Source: Clostridia bacterium (GTDB taxonomy: Bacteria; Bacillota; Clostridia; Oscillospirales; CAG-272). From it: a stretch of DNA of 64,000 bases. The notes beneath the pieces were generated by a model. It was not told the DNA's origin and did not search any database. It worked only from the letters and a program-made list of their open reading frames with translations. The DNA lies in assembly GCA_017415325.1 (NCBI GenBank), contig JAFQGY010000247.1:2018-66017 (forward strand). Reading direction: 5' to 3'. Positions 1 to 8,721 of this stretch are shown one piece after another (the stretch's first letter is position 1; each line of letters starts with the position of its first letter). Both the position numbers and the translations under genes were made by a program.

Positions 1-442
1 TGTCCTTCCGGCTGTATACCGGCACATCTTCCCCCGGCATCCGGCTGTCGGTACGAAATACCACCGATGCCTGTACCAGACTGTCCAACCCCAGTACGCA
101 TTCCATCACACCGCCCCGGCTTCCCTGCCCTTTCACCACGATAAAATCCAGCATATCGGCAGGGGCATACCGCAGAGACAGTCCCCCGGCCAGCGCAGGC
201 TCCGCATCCTCCCACACAGCACTGTGATCGTCTTTCGGCCGGATCGCAAACACAAACCAGGTCATCCGCCACCGCAGCAGCAGATACAGCGATGCCACCA
301 CCCCGGCCAGGCAGATCAGCTGAAAAATCCACGCATACCGCTCTGTCATGGAACCGGCAATATATCCCACAATCCCGATGCCGAGGCACAGGAACGACAG
401 CATGGTGGGAACGGATGAATTGGGACTTGGACGATAGGTCAT
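1..442 (-). CDS. membrane protein, N-terminal part (gene runs off the window start)
   Basis: ATG at 442-440 lies six nt after GGAGGG (revcomp of 449-454). My hand translation MTYRPSPNSSVPTMLSFLCLGIGIVGYIAGSM... stays open to nt 2 and has hydrophobic helices. It is absent from the ORF track because it is truncated. Confidence 0.45.
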   Translation of the reverse strand, partial: MTYRPSPNSSVPTMLSFLCLGIGIVGYIAGSMTERYAWIFQLICLAGVVASLYLLLRWRMTWFVFAIRPKDDHSAVWEDAEPALAGGLSLRYAPADMLDFIVVKGQGSRGGVMECVLGLDSLVQASVVFRTDSRMPGEDVPVYSRKD

Positions 443-665
443 GGGAAACCCTCCGGGAAAGTAAGAAGTAAGAAATCAGAGGTAAGAAGTAAGTAAGCGT
501 GCAGCCGGCTTCAGCCGTTTACCGGTACAGAGGCTGCCGGAGACAGTGAACCGACGTGGAATTCCTTCTGACCGGCTGCAGAAATGCCGGAGATTGGCCA
601 CCAGTGCACCAGCATCCGTGCATCAGCACCCGTGCATCGGCACCGGACACCGGGCACAAATGACA

Positions 666-697
666 AAACCGTGCCAACCTCAAGGGTCACACGGTTT
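666..697 (-). terminator. hairpin terminator downstream of rpmF
   Basis: Inverted repeat AAACCGTG (666-673) / CACGGTTT (690-697) sits just after the rpmF stop. A T-rich tract follows on the minus strand. Confidence 0.45.
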
Positions 698-702
698 GGA
701 TG

Positions 703-891
703 TCACGCATTTTCTTCTTTAGCGATGATCTGCTTGCCATCGTAGTAACCGCAAGCGCGGCATACGCGGTGAGCCAGATTGTATTCTCCGCAGTGAGAAC
801 ACTTTACCATGCCAGGCATGTCGAGCTTCCATACGTTGGAACGTCTCTTGTCTCTTCTTGCCTTGGAAACTTTTCTCTTCGGTACAGCCAT
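703..891 (-). CDS. rpmF: 50S ribosomal protein L32
   Basis: 62 aa starting MAVPKRKVSKARRDKRRS, with CxxC...CxxC zinc-ribbon cysteines. This is the classic L32 sequence. Confidence 0.95.
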   Translation of the reverse strand: MAVPKRKVSKARRDKRRSNVWKLDMPGMVKCSHCGEYNLAHRVCRACGYYDGKQIIAKEENA

Positions 892-973
892 GATTACACC
901 TCCTGTAGTGGTCGAGTCACATATTACAGTTTATTATATCACATTGAAAGCGAAATTTCAAGTGTTTTTTCAA

Positions 974-1606
974 TTATTCTTCGGATTTTTCCGAACTTTT
1001 TTCTCCGCGGCCGGCTTCCTCTGCTTCTTCCGCTTTGTACTGATCCAGCAGCGCCTGCAGCTTGGCCATTCTGGGGTCGATGACCTTTTTTGCCGCTTCC
1101 TTTTCGGCACAGTCGCATCCTTCGGCCTTCTTGTGTCCGCAGATGGGGCACAGACCTTCGCAGTCGTCACTGCACAGGGACACCATCGGCATCTCCAGCA
1201 GAATCTGTTCCAGAATGTCACCGTCCGGGCACACACGGCTGTCCGTCAGATACAGCACATCTTCCAGCACGCCGTCCCATTCCTCATCGTCGTCATACAC
1301 CGCATCCTGCACGGCTTCTCCGCTTCTGACCGTCCGTTCCAGATCAAACTCCATGGTATCTTCGATGGGATCCAGACACCGGGCACAGGGCACCACATAC
1401 TCCGCCGTCACATGGGCAGTCAGCCGCAGATACCCGCCTACGGAATAGATCTCGCCTTCCACCAGGATACCGTCATCCGCGATCACCAGGTCTTCCGGCA
1501 GAATCACGCTGTCTTCCCCGACATCCGCCGATGCGGGAGAAAATCTGTAAGAAAACGGCATCCGGTCCAGCCGTCCGTTCAGCACCTGCGTTACGTCCAG
1601 TTTCAT
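974..1606 (-). CDS. YceD/DUF177 family protein (L32-associated)
   Basis: 210-aa acidic protein with paired CxxC motifs (CARC, CPIC). It lies directly upstream of rpmF, the conserved bacterial arrangement. Confidence 0.85.
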   Translation of the reverse strand: MKLDVTQVLNGRLDRMPFSYRFSPASADVGEDSVILPEDLVIADDGILVEGEIYSVGGYLRLTAHVTAEYVVPCARCLDPIEDTMEFDLERTVRSGEAVQDAVYDDDEEWDGVLEDVLYLTDSRVCPDGDILEQILLEMPMVSLCSDDCEGLCPICGHKKAEGCDCAEKEAAKKVIDPRMAKLQALLDQYKAEEAEEAGRGEKSSEKSEE

Positions 1607-1807
1607 ATTCGTTTACCGCTCCTTTTTGCCTGTATTCTGACAATCACACCTTATCATTATACCGTCTAATGCCTCCTGTGTCAAGTGGTTTGAGAAAGAA
1701 ATTTTAAACCAAAAAAACAAGAAATTCCCACAGGTTTCCGACATTCGGTTGAAAAATTCATAAGTCTGTGGTATACTGACTGTATCTCATGAAAACGAGG
1801 ATGCAAT

Positions 1808-2380
1808 ATGTTCAACAAGATCATCAAGACCTTTATATACGCCGTGATTCTGGTGCTCTGCGGGCTGATCATTTTCCGCTGCTGCGCCAATGCCGACCGC
1901 TCCACCCTGACCGACCTTGCCGTAACCCCCGAGCTGGTTTCCGCCTGGGCCGATGGAGAAATGGAAGTGCTGCGGCTGGAAGAAAATGCCTCCGAAATTG
2001 CCCCGGACGGGTACTTCACCGCCTACGGATTCCGTTTTATTCCCGAGGCAAAACAATTGCAGGTGACCGTGCGATTCAACGTCAGCACATGGGAATATCT
2101 GGAACTGCCTGCCGAAACGCCCATGGACTTCTATCTGTGTCAGAATGACGACATCTCCATCCTGCGCGCGCCGGATCTGGTGCTGGAAGAATCCCGTTCC
2201 ATTTACCGGTACCGGAAGCTGGTGTGGAACAACGTGGACATCGGGGACGCCAACTGGCAGGTGTACATGGACCGGCAGGACGGGGAATACAGCATCGCTC
2301 CCATCCGGTACGTGGAACAGGAATACCGGAACTACAAGCTCTCCGGCGGGGAGAAGAAAGCATTAAGTAGTCAGAATTAA
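1808..2380 (+). CDS. hypothetical membrane-anchored protein
   Basis: 190 aa with an N-terminal hydrophobic anchor (FIYAVILVLCGLIIF). Coding-like composition. No family recognised. Confidence 0.6.
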   Translation: MFNKIIKTFIYAVILVLCGLIIFRCCANADRSTLTDLAVTPELVSAWADGEMEVLRLEENASEIAPDGYFTAYGFRFIPEAKQLQVTVRFNVSTWEYLELPAETPMDFYLCQNDDISILRAPDLVLEESRSIYRYRKLVWNNVDIGDANWQVYMDRQDGEYSIAPIRYVEQEYRNYKLSGGEKKALSSQN

Positions 2381-2545
2381 GAAATCAGAAATATACCATT
2401 GGATGCATTACGGCTTGCGGAAGGGAAATCCTGTTCTGCAGGCCGTTTTTTCCGGAAATTTTTCTGTTTGGTGAACCTTTCTCATTGTGTTTCCGTCTTG
2501 TATCATGAAACCGGTTTTATTGCATACAGGAAAGGAGGGATACAG

Positions 2546-3835
2546 ATGGACAACTTCGAGACACTGCTGGAAGCACATCTGCCCATGCTGCGGCGGCTGA
2601 CAGAGTATAGGCTTCCTCCGGCAGATGCGGAAGATGTACTGCAGGAAATTTGTCTGGCGGCGTTCCGGCACAGGGACAGTCTGCGGAATCCGTCGGCGTT
2701 CCGTCCGTGGATCTGCCAGATTGCCAGAAACCGGATCCGGGATTATTACCGGGCTGCCGGAGCAGAAGAAACAGGTCTGGCGGAACTGCGGCAGCGGCAC
2801 TCCGCTATCGGCCGGGACACCGCACCGCTGCTGGTACGGGAAACCCTTGCGTCCCTTGCGCCAGCAGACAGGCAGATTCTCCGGCTGTACTACTTTGACG
2901 AACGGCCTGTAGCGGAAATAGCAGCCCTGCTTGCCATCCCGGAAGGTACGGTAAAAAGCCGCCTGCACCATGCCAGAGAACGGTTCCGGCATCTGTATCC
3001 CCACACAGAAAAAGGAGAAACTGTTATGAAACAAACTGCACCATATACTGCCCTGCCGGAGATTCTGCCGGACTACACCATCACCGCCGACACCCGGCCG
3101 CCCTTCCCCGTGGTATGCGAGGAACTGACAAACTGGTTCATCATCCCCCGTGTGGGTGAATCCGTGGTCTGGGGCAGCTATGACATGCCGGAGAGAAAGC
3201 GGACAGAAACCGTCCGTTCCGCTGTCACCGGAAAAATCCGGATTCATGATGTGGAAGGAGTAGAGATCGAAACGGTATTCGCACCCGCAGAAACGGCAGA
3301 TAACACCGTTCTGCCGCCCCATATCTATTACGCCCAGCTGACCGACACCCACTGCCGCTGGCTGGGAGAATGCTACACCGACAGAGACGGGGTCAAGCGG
3401 ATCCTGACCTTCCTGGACGGGGACGATTTCATGGAAGAATGGGGCATCGGTGAGGACAACTGCGGTGCTCCTACCCATCTGCAGTCCGGCGGAACCATCC
3501 TGCGGCAGGGGAATACCGTCACCACGGCAGTGGAAAAGCGCTCCCCTGGACAGATGCACATGGACATCGCCGGCCGGTATACCGTAACCCTCGGCGGACA
3601 GACATACGACACAGTCCTTCTGATGCTTATCTATCCCAACGGCGCTGCTGCGGAACAGTATATCGGTACAGACGGCCGGACAGTCCTGTGGCGTCGGTTC
3701 AACCGGGACGACTGGCACTACAGCGGCATGCCGGAAGGAAGATGGAGCGAACACCTGCCGGAAAACGAACGGATCACCATTGACGGAGAGATGTACGTGC
3801 ACTGGTACGACTGCCTGCAGATCCGCGGAAAATAA
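2546..3835 (+). CDS. ECF-type sigma-70 factor with a ~260-aa fused C-terminal domain
   Basis: ATG at 2546 follows AAAGGAGGG (2531-2539). The N-terminal ~170 aa show region 2 (EDVLQEICLAAFRH...FRPWICQIARNRIRDYYR) and region 4 (ILRLYYFDERPVAEIAALLAIPEGTVKSRLHHARERF). The frame continues with no stop for ~260 more residues. Confidence 0.8.
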   Translation: MDNFETLLEAHLPMLRRLTEYRLPPADAEDVLQEICLAAFRHRDSLRNPSAFRPWICQIARNRIRDYYRAAGAEETGLAELRQRHSAIGRDTAPLLVRETLASLAPADRQILRLYYFDERPVAEIAALLAIPEGTVKSRLHHARERFRHLYPHTEKGETVMKQTAPYTALPEILPDYTITADTRPPFPVVCEELTNWFIIPRVGESVVWGSYDMPERKRTETVRSAVTGKIRIHDVEGVEIETVFAPAETADNTVLPPHIYYAQLTDTHCRWLGECYTDRDGVKRILTFLDGDDFMEEWGIGEDNCGAPTHLQSGGTILRQGNTVTTAVEKRSPGQMHMDIAGRYTVTLGGQTYDTVLLMLIYPNGAAAEQYIGTDGRTVLWRRFNRDDWHYSGMPEGRWSEHLPENERITIDGEMYVHWYDCLQIRGK

Positions 3836-3960
3836 ATCCTGCACAATCCCTGAACAGCCTGCGGAACACTCTGCGGGCTGTAATTCTGTCTGCAAAAAAC
3901 CGACCTGTCCATGTGCTTTCACACCCTGTCAGCCGGTTGTCTGTACTGTATTCTGCCTTC

Positions 3961-4479
3961 CTACGGCTTCACCGCATTCTTCATCCGGCATAGTGACCAC
4001 TCCAGGGAAGACTGCTGTACCGCTGCCGCCAGATCCCACAAATGCGCCGCAATCCGCAGCTCCACCCCACGGGAAAACAGCGCCTCCGGCAGATCCCTGC
4101 AGACATGCCTGGCAATGGGCACCTGCGTTCCGGTGGAAACATAGTACCCCGCCGCCGCGTCCTGCAGCCGGAAACCCGCCGGATCCAGTTCGTACAGGTA
4201 CAGTGTCGTATCCAGCATCCGCCGGAACCAGCCGGACTCGATCGCCACAGCCCAGGTGCAGCTGTTCATGGCAAAAAAGCGTGCCCGGTCTTCCGCAGTG
4301 GTGTTTTCCGTCACATGATATGTCACCCTGGGGCAGTCCCGGGGCGTGAGAAAATTGGGCAGATGCACTTCATCAATGGCCCACACCAGCCCCACCGCAG
4401 GATCCAGATCCGCTCTGGCAGGCAGCCGGGGATGGAACACGGCAATATCCGGCTCTTCACTGACATGAAACAAACGCAT
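3961..4479 (-). CDS. conserved hypothetical protein (possibly DUF6886-like)
   Basis: 172 aa starting MRLFHVSEEPDIAVFHPR. I recall this N-terminal pattern from an uncharacterised family. Not verified. Confidence 0.55.
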   Translation of the reverse strand: MRLFHVSEEPDIAVFHPRLPARADLDPAVGLVWAIDEVHLPNFLTPRDCPRVTYHVTENTTAEDRARFFAMNSCTWAVAIESGWFRRMLDTTLYLYELDPAGFRLQDAAAGYYVSTGTQVPIARHVCRDLPEALFSRGVELRIAAHLWDLAAAVQQSSLEWSLCRMKNAVKP

Positions 4480-4566
4480 AAAAACCTCCTTCCGGCAAAA
4501 TATCCCCCAGCCGAAACGGAACCGGGGGATATGACAGAATCCTTCTTTATTTCTGACTTCTTATTT

Positions 4567-6030
4567 TTACTGTGTCACTTCCAGTGCAGCCAGGGTCTTG
4601 CCCAGTGCGGTTTCCGCAGCCTTGGTAACTTTTTCCACACGGGAGGCCAGATCGGTCTTGTGGGCGGCGGTCAGGTCGGAGGGAACGTAGAAGAGCTTTC
4701 CCCAGTCATACAGCAGACCCAGTTCAAATATACGGGCGCTGAATACCATATCCAGAATCTGGGTGAAGATTTCGTCACGGGCAAACTTGGTGGTCACGCA
4801 GATGTCATAGTAGGCGGGGGTCAGAATGTACAGACCTTCGGCAGACAGCGCTTCCACCAGAATCCCGGTGCGGTCTGCGTCCTGCATGGACTTGGGCACA
4901 GCAACAGCAGTAGCCTGCAGCAGTGTCAGAATGGAGTGGTAGTTTTCCTGGGCTTCGTCATACTTCGGAATGGGCATGATACCGAAGTCGGTAACCATTT
5001 CCCGGAAGTCTCCCATGCTGCCTACGATACCGGTGAAGAACAGGGAGCGGTCTTCCTTGAAGATGTTGTTCCGCACGCCCCATACGTCGCCGCCGTAGCT
5101 GGGATAGTCGTTTACGATCCAGGAATATTCCTTGTTGCCGTTGATGTTGTAGGCACGGTTGAACACGTCAAAGTACCGTTCGGTGTTCATGGCGATGTAG
5201 GGAATGTCGTTTTCATCCTTCCGGAAGACATATTCCCCGGCGCCGGCAATATACACGTTGGTGTTCCATGCTTCGCCCAGCAGCCCCCACTGGTCATGTT
5301 CGTTCTGTACGCCGTCCCCGTTCAGGTCCACGGCACAGAGCTGCAGGATCTCGGTCATCCGGTCCATGGTCCAGGTGCCTTCCAGAGCCATGTCGTACAG
5401 GTTGTCCACGCCCAGTTCGGTGGCCAGCTTCTGGTTGAACATCAGCAGATAGGTGGAGTCGTTGTCACGGATATTGATATCCCCGACGATCATATGCTGC
5501 TTATGGCCGATGGAGATGGCGTCGTTGGCATACTGGTCGTACCAGGGCTTGGACAGGTCGATATAGGGGATTTCGTTGATGTCCAGCAGCAGAGAAGTGG
5601 TAGCCATATTGGCGGTGGTCAGGCAGGTTGCCATGGTGATGTCATAGGCATTGTCCCCGGCGTTGACGGCAGCCTTGACCGCATTGCCTGCAGCGGCGTC
5701 CATGATACCTTCGATGGTGACGTTGTACAGGTCTTCCACGGCGGCATTCCGCTGGTACACGGCGTCATTGATAGTTTCCCCGTTCAGTTCTTCCACGTCC
5801 ACTTCGGGATAGCGGTTGATCTTTTCGTAGATGATGTGGAATGCATAACCTTCAAAATCGCTGTCCGGCAGGTTTGTGGGAACACGGGTGGTTTCTGTCT
5901 CGGTTTCCGCAGTTTCCGCAGCGGCAGTATCGGCGGTGGTTTCCGCAGTTTTGGTGTCCCCGCAGGCAGCCAGTGCAGAAAGGAGCATGGACAGCACCAG
6001 CAGGAGGGTGAGGGATTTTTTGAATCGCAT
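4567..6030 (-). CDS. ABC transporter extracellular solute-binding lipoprotein (carbohydrate type)
   Basis: 487 aa. Signal peptide plus lipobox LSALAAC-GD. The size and composition fit family-1 solute-binding proteins. Confidence 0.8.
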   Translation of the reverse strand: MRFKKSLTLLLVLSMLLSALAACGDTKTAETTADTAAAETAETETETTRVPTNLPDSDFEGYAFHIIYEKINRYPEVDVEELNGETINDAVYQRNAAVEDLYNVTIEGIMDAAAGNAVKAAVNAGDNAYDITMATCLTTANMATTSLLLDINEIPYIDLSKPWYDQYANDAISIGHKQHMIVGDINIRDNDSTYLLMFNQKLATELGVDNLYDMALEGTWTMDRMTEILQLCAVDLNGDGVQNEHDQWGLLGEAWNTNVYIAGAGEYVFRKDENDIPYIAMNTERYFDVFNRAYNINGNKEYSWIVNDYPSYGGDVWGVRNNIFKEDRSLFFTGIVGSMGDFREMVTDFGIMPIPKYDEAQENYHSILTLLQATAVAVPKSMQDADRTGILVEALSAEGLYILTPAYYDICVTTKFARDEIFTQILDMVFSARIFELGLLYDWGKLFYVPSDLTAAHKTDLASRVEKVTKAAETALGKTLAALEVTQ

Positions 6031-6068
6031 GGTATAAGTCTCCTTGGGTTTGATTTTCGTGTGGTTGT

Positions 6069-6097
6069 ATTATAGTACAGATGCCGGGGAGATGCAA
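6069..6097 (-). promoter_or_regulatory. candidate sigma-A promoter of the solute-binding protein gene
   Basis: On the minus strand: TTGCAT (6097-6092), a 17-nt spacer, then TATAAT (6074-6069). It lies about 40 nt upstream of the start codon at 6030. Confidence 0.4.
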
Positions 6098-6183
6098 GGG
6101 GGGTATGGGGGATAATCCTATACCCGTTGGCCGGCCGGTGTCTGCCTGGTCATATCCGTTCCGGTGTGCTAGGCTGAGGGGAT

Positions 6184-6558
6184 AGCTGAAATCGTACGCC
6201 GGGGAGTCGAACCCTCACCCCTGACGGGGTGGAAAAGTTCCTCGTTTGTTTGGCTGAACAGGAAATGCATCCGGGCTGCTTTGCCTGAGCCGGACAGGGG
6301 AGCGATTCCCGGAACTTTTACAGGGGTTTTCTATCCTCATAATCGAAAAAAAATATCCATACCGGGGAGCAGAGTCAGCTGAATCCGCACGCCGGGGAGT
6401 CGAACCCTCACCCCTGGCGGGGTGGAAAAGTTCCCTGATTGTTTGGCTGAATAGGAAATGCATCCGGGCTGCTTTGCCTGAGCCGGTCAGGGGAGCGATC
6501 CCCGGAACTTTTACAGAGGTTTTCTTTCCCCATAATCGCAAAAAAATATCCATACCGG
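6184..6558 (+). repeat. 193-bp tandem duplication (2 copies) of a structured element, candidate small RNA
   Basis: ACGCCGGGGAGTCGAACCC recurs at 6196 and 6389. I count 14 differences in ~182 aligned nt. Several differences preserve helices, including one compensatory pair (see findings). Confidence 0.7.
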
Positions 6559-6577
6559 ATGGCATGGATATTTTTTG
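6540..6577 (+). terminator. intrinsic terminator closing repeat copy 2 (A/T-flanked, could act in both directions)
   Basis: ATATCCAT (6546-6553) pairs with ATGGATAT (6564-6571) around a 10-nt loop. It is flanked by A7 and T6, so the stem can extend to 13 bp. Confidence 0.65.
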
Positions 6578-6648
6578 GTGGAGAGCAGTGCGCAAAATGC
6601 GAACACCAAACTTGAAATAACTACACGATACATCATTCTGACATCCTA

Positions 6649-6677
6649 TTTACATTCTGTCTTTTCTGTGCTATAAT
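6649..6677 (+). promoter_or_regulatory. candidate sigma-A promoter of dnaB
   Basis: TTTACA (6649-6654), a 17-nt spacer, then TATAAT (6672-6677) with an upstream TGc extended -10. Confidence 0.5.
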
Positions 6678-6702
6678 AGTCCTCCCAAGGAGGTGCGCAC
6701 AA

Positions 6703-8004
6703 ATGTTTGATCGTCAACTGCCTTTTTCGCTTGAAGCCGAACAAGCCACACTCGGCTCCATCCTCATAGACCCCGCCTGTCTCGATTCCATCAAAATATC
6801 CCGTGAAGATTTCCACCTGACCGAACACGCCGAAATCTTCACCGCAATGCAAAAGTTATATATAGAATCCCGCTCCATTGATATTGTCACCCTGATAGAT
6901 ACCCTGACAAAATCCGGCACATACGATGAATCAGGCGGCAGGGAATACCTGACCATCATTGCAACTGCAGTTCCAACCGCTGCCAACGCCGAAGAATACG
7001 CTGCAATTGTCAGGGATAAAGCCAACCTAAGACGGATCATCGAAAATGCAGAATCTGTTGCAGAAGCAGCCTATTCCGGTGAATCCTTTGAAACCGTATC
7101 ACAAATGGCAGAATCCAGTTTCTCCGGTATCTCGGATGGTATAGAACGAAAAGAATTCCTCCCCATCCAAGAAGGAATTCTGCAGGTATATAAAACTCTC
7201 AACAATCTCCGTGATAACCCCGACAAATACCGTGGTGTTTCAACTGGATTCAATGCATTGGATGATGTTATAATCGGCATGAACCGCTCCGATTTGATTC
7301 TGGTGGGAGCAAGACCCGGTATGGGCAAAACATCTTTCGTCATGAATATAGCCACCCACGCCGCCGCACAAACCGGGAAAACCGTAGCTATATTCTCGTT
7401 GGAAATGTCCGCAGAGCAGCTTATAAACCGTATGTTGTCATCTTCCGCCTGCATCCCGTCCTATTGCATGAGAACCGGAGAAATGTCCACAGAGCAGTCT
7501 ACAGCCCTTGCACATGCGTCCACCAAACTTTCAGAAACCAAAATCATGATTGATGATACACCCGGTATATCAGTATCTCAGATCAAGTCCAGACTGCGCC
7601 GCGCGAAGGATCTGGGTCTTGTGGTGATTGACTATCTCCAACTTATGCAAAGCGACAACACAAGCGCAAACCGTGTGCAGGAGGTAGGAGAGATTTCCAG
7701 AGGACTAAAGCTGCTTGCCAAGGAACTGGATGTTCCGGTAATCTGCTGCGCCCAGCTTTCCCGCTCCCCGGAATCCAGACCCGACAAACGCCCCATGCTG
7801 TCAGACCTGAGAGAATCCGGATCCATTGAGCAGGATGCAGATATAGTCATGTTCTTATATAGGGATGATTATTATAAACCTGATGAAGAAAAAACAGAAT
7901 CCTCAGTAGCAGAAGTTATCATAGCAAAAAACCGTCATGGTTCTATGGACAAAATAAAGCTCGGATGGATAGGGAAATACAACAAATTTATAAACCTTGC
8001 ATAA
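6703..8004 (+). CDS. dnaB: DnaB-type replicative DNA helicase (probably element-borne)
   Basis: 433 aa. N-terminal LPFSLEAEQATLGSILIDP, Walker A GARPGMGKTSF, Walker B VVIDYLQLM, and the SRSPE...LSDLRESGSIEQDADIV motifs. GC is lower than in the flanking chromosome. Confidence 0.93.
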   Translation: MFDRQLPFSLEAEQATLGSILIDPACLDSIKISREDFHLTEHAEIFTAMQKLYIESRSIDIVTLIDTLTKSGTYDESGGREYLTIIATAVPTAANAEEYAAIVRDKANLRRIIENAESVAEAAYSGESFETVSQMAESSFSGISDGIERKEFLPIQEGILQVYKTLNNLRDNPDKYRGVSTGFNALDDVIIGMNRSDLILVGARPGMGKTSFVMNIATHAAAQTGKTVAIFSLEMSAEQLINRMLSSSACIPSYCMRTGEMSTEQSTALAHASTKLSETKIMIDDTPGISVSQIKSRLRRAKDLGLVVIDYLQLMQSDNTSANRVQEVGEISRGLKLLAKELDVPVICCAQLSRSPESRPDKRPMLSDLRESGSIEQDADIVMFLYRDDYYKPDEEKTESSVAEVIIAKNRHGSMDKIKLGWIGKYNKFINLA

Positions 8005-8006
8005 CG

Positions 8007-8037
8007 AAAAGCCCCTCGATTGAAGGGCTTTTTTCTT
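8007..8037. terminator. bidirectional hairpin between the convergent dnaB and the accessory operon
   Basis: AAAAGCCC (8007-8014) pairs with GGGCTTTT (8025-8032), followed by a T-run. It sits between the stop codons at 8004 and 8037. Confidence 0.6.
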
Positions 8038-8276
8038 TAGGTTTTAGCAGCACCATCAATAGCAACTCCTGAAAAACCACAATCCATCGGGAACGGGTTC
8101 GCATAGTTTTTCTCAGATATTGCTTTGATAGCTTCTGCAAACACATCCGGTTTGAAAAGATCATTGACAATCCGGACTGTGTCAGCGTATGTACGGAGTT
8201 CTTCCATGGACATTTCTTTCAGATCCATAGACCGAAGGTGGTCAATGAGATTCTGTTTCAGTTCGTCAAGGTTCAC
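8037..8276 (-). CDS. hypothetical protein
   Basis: 79 aa. GTG start follows AAGGAGG. Last gene of the tightly packed 7-gene operon. Confidence 0.5.
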   Translation of the reverse strand: MNLDELKQNLIDHLRSMDLKEMSMEELRTYADTVRIVNDLFKPDVFAEAIKAISEKNYANPFPMDCGFSGVAIDGAAKT

Positions 8277-8285
8277 GTGTCCTCC

Positions 8286-8708
8286 TTAGCTTTTTTCCAG
8301 CAGTTCGATAAACTTATGCGCGAGTTCCTTCTCTTGCGGGGTTCCAGCCTGACGCATCATCATTTCCACCTGCTCTTTGAGATGCTTCTTCCCATCGTCC
8401 CGGGAATATCGGCCCATACGGTCCCGTCTGTAGGAATCGCCCCCTTCATCATAGGAAGCTCCTCCGTCTCTGGCGTATCTGCCCATGGAATCCCGTCTGG
8501 AAGAATATCCACCCTCCCTGGAATACCCACGGTTGGAGTACCCACCTTCCAGTTCTTCTTCCAGCATTTCCGCCTTCAAAGATTTCTCGTAGGCAACCAT
8601 GGCCATATAGATGGGTTCAATGTTTCTCTGGTCAATCCGTTCCATGCCCATCTGTGCTATGAATTCACAAAGGTTGTCCCGGATTCTTTCAGCCGCTTCA
8701 CCATGCAT
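8286..8708 (-). CDS. hypothetical protein with a central R/G/S/Y/D-rich repeat region
   Basis: ATG at 8708 lies 8 nt after AAGGAGG. Repeats read GYSNRGYSREGGYSSRRDSMGRYARD...SYRRDRMGRYSRD, flanked by helical ends. Confidence 0.55.
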   Translation of the reverse strand: MHGEAAERIRDNLCEFIAQMGMERIDQRNIEPIYMAMVAYEKSLKAEMLEEELEGGYSNRGYSREGGYSSRRDSMGRYARDGGASYDEGGDSYRRDRMGRYSRDDGKKHLKEQVEMMMRQAGTPQEKELAHKFIELLEKS

Positions 8709-8721
8709 ATTCTTCACCTCC

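Noticed and set aside
459-4570. Recurrent TAAGAA(A/G)TCAGA-type strings in three host intergenic regions (about 459-500, 2367-2395, 4541-4570)
   Set aside because: The strings are short and AT-rich, containing multi-frame stop codons at gene ends. They are too short and degenerate to call an element without genome-wide counts.
4042-6075. Very long antisense ORFs: 677 aa opposite the solute-binding protein gene, 504 aa at 2408-3922, 499 aa at 27007-28506, 445 aa at 37772-39109, and 342 aa at 36031-37059
   Set aside because: These are shadow ORFs of GC-rich or long genes. They have biased, H/G/V/F/R-rich junk-like composition and no SD. Each lies opposite a gene with clear family motifs.
6196-6408. 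GGGTTCGACTCC T-loop-like strings on the minus strand of both repeat copies (possible tRNA genes or att cores)
   Set aside because: The would-be T stem pairs only 3 bp (GAGGG vs CCCCG). No matching acceptor strand or anticodon arm lies at tRNA spacing. The G:T wobble pattern favours the plus strand.
6215-6595. 126-aa minus-strand ORF covering the intergenic tandem repeat
   Set aside because: Its sequence is just the repeat translated twice (…PARGEGSTPRR…/…PVRLRQSSPDAF…). It has no SD, and the DNA shows RNA-type structural conservation instead.
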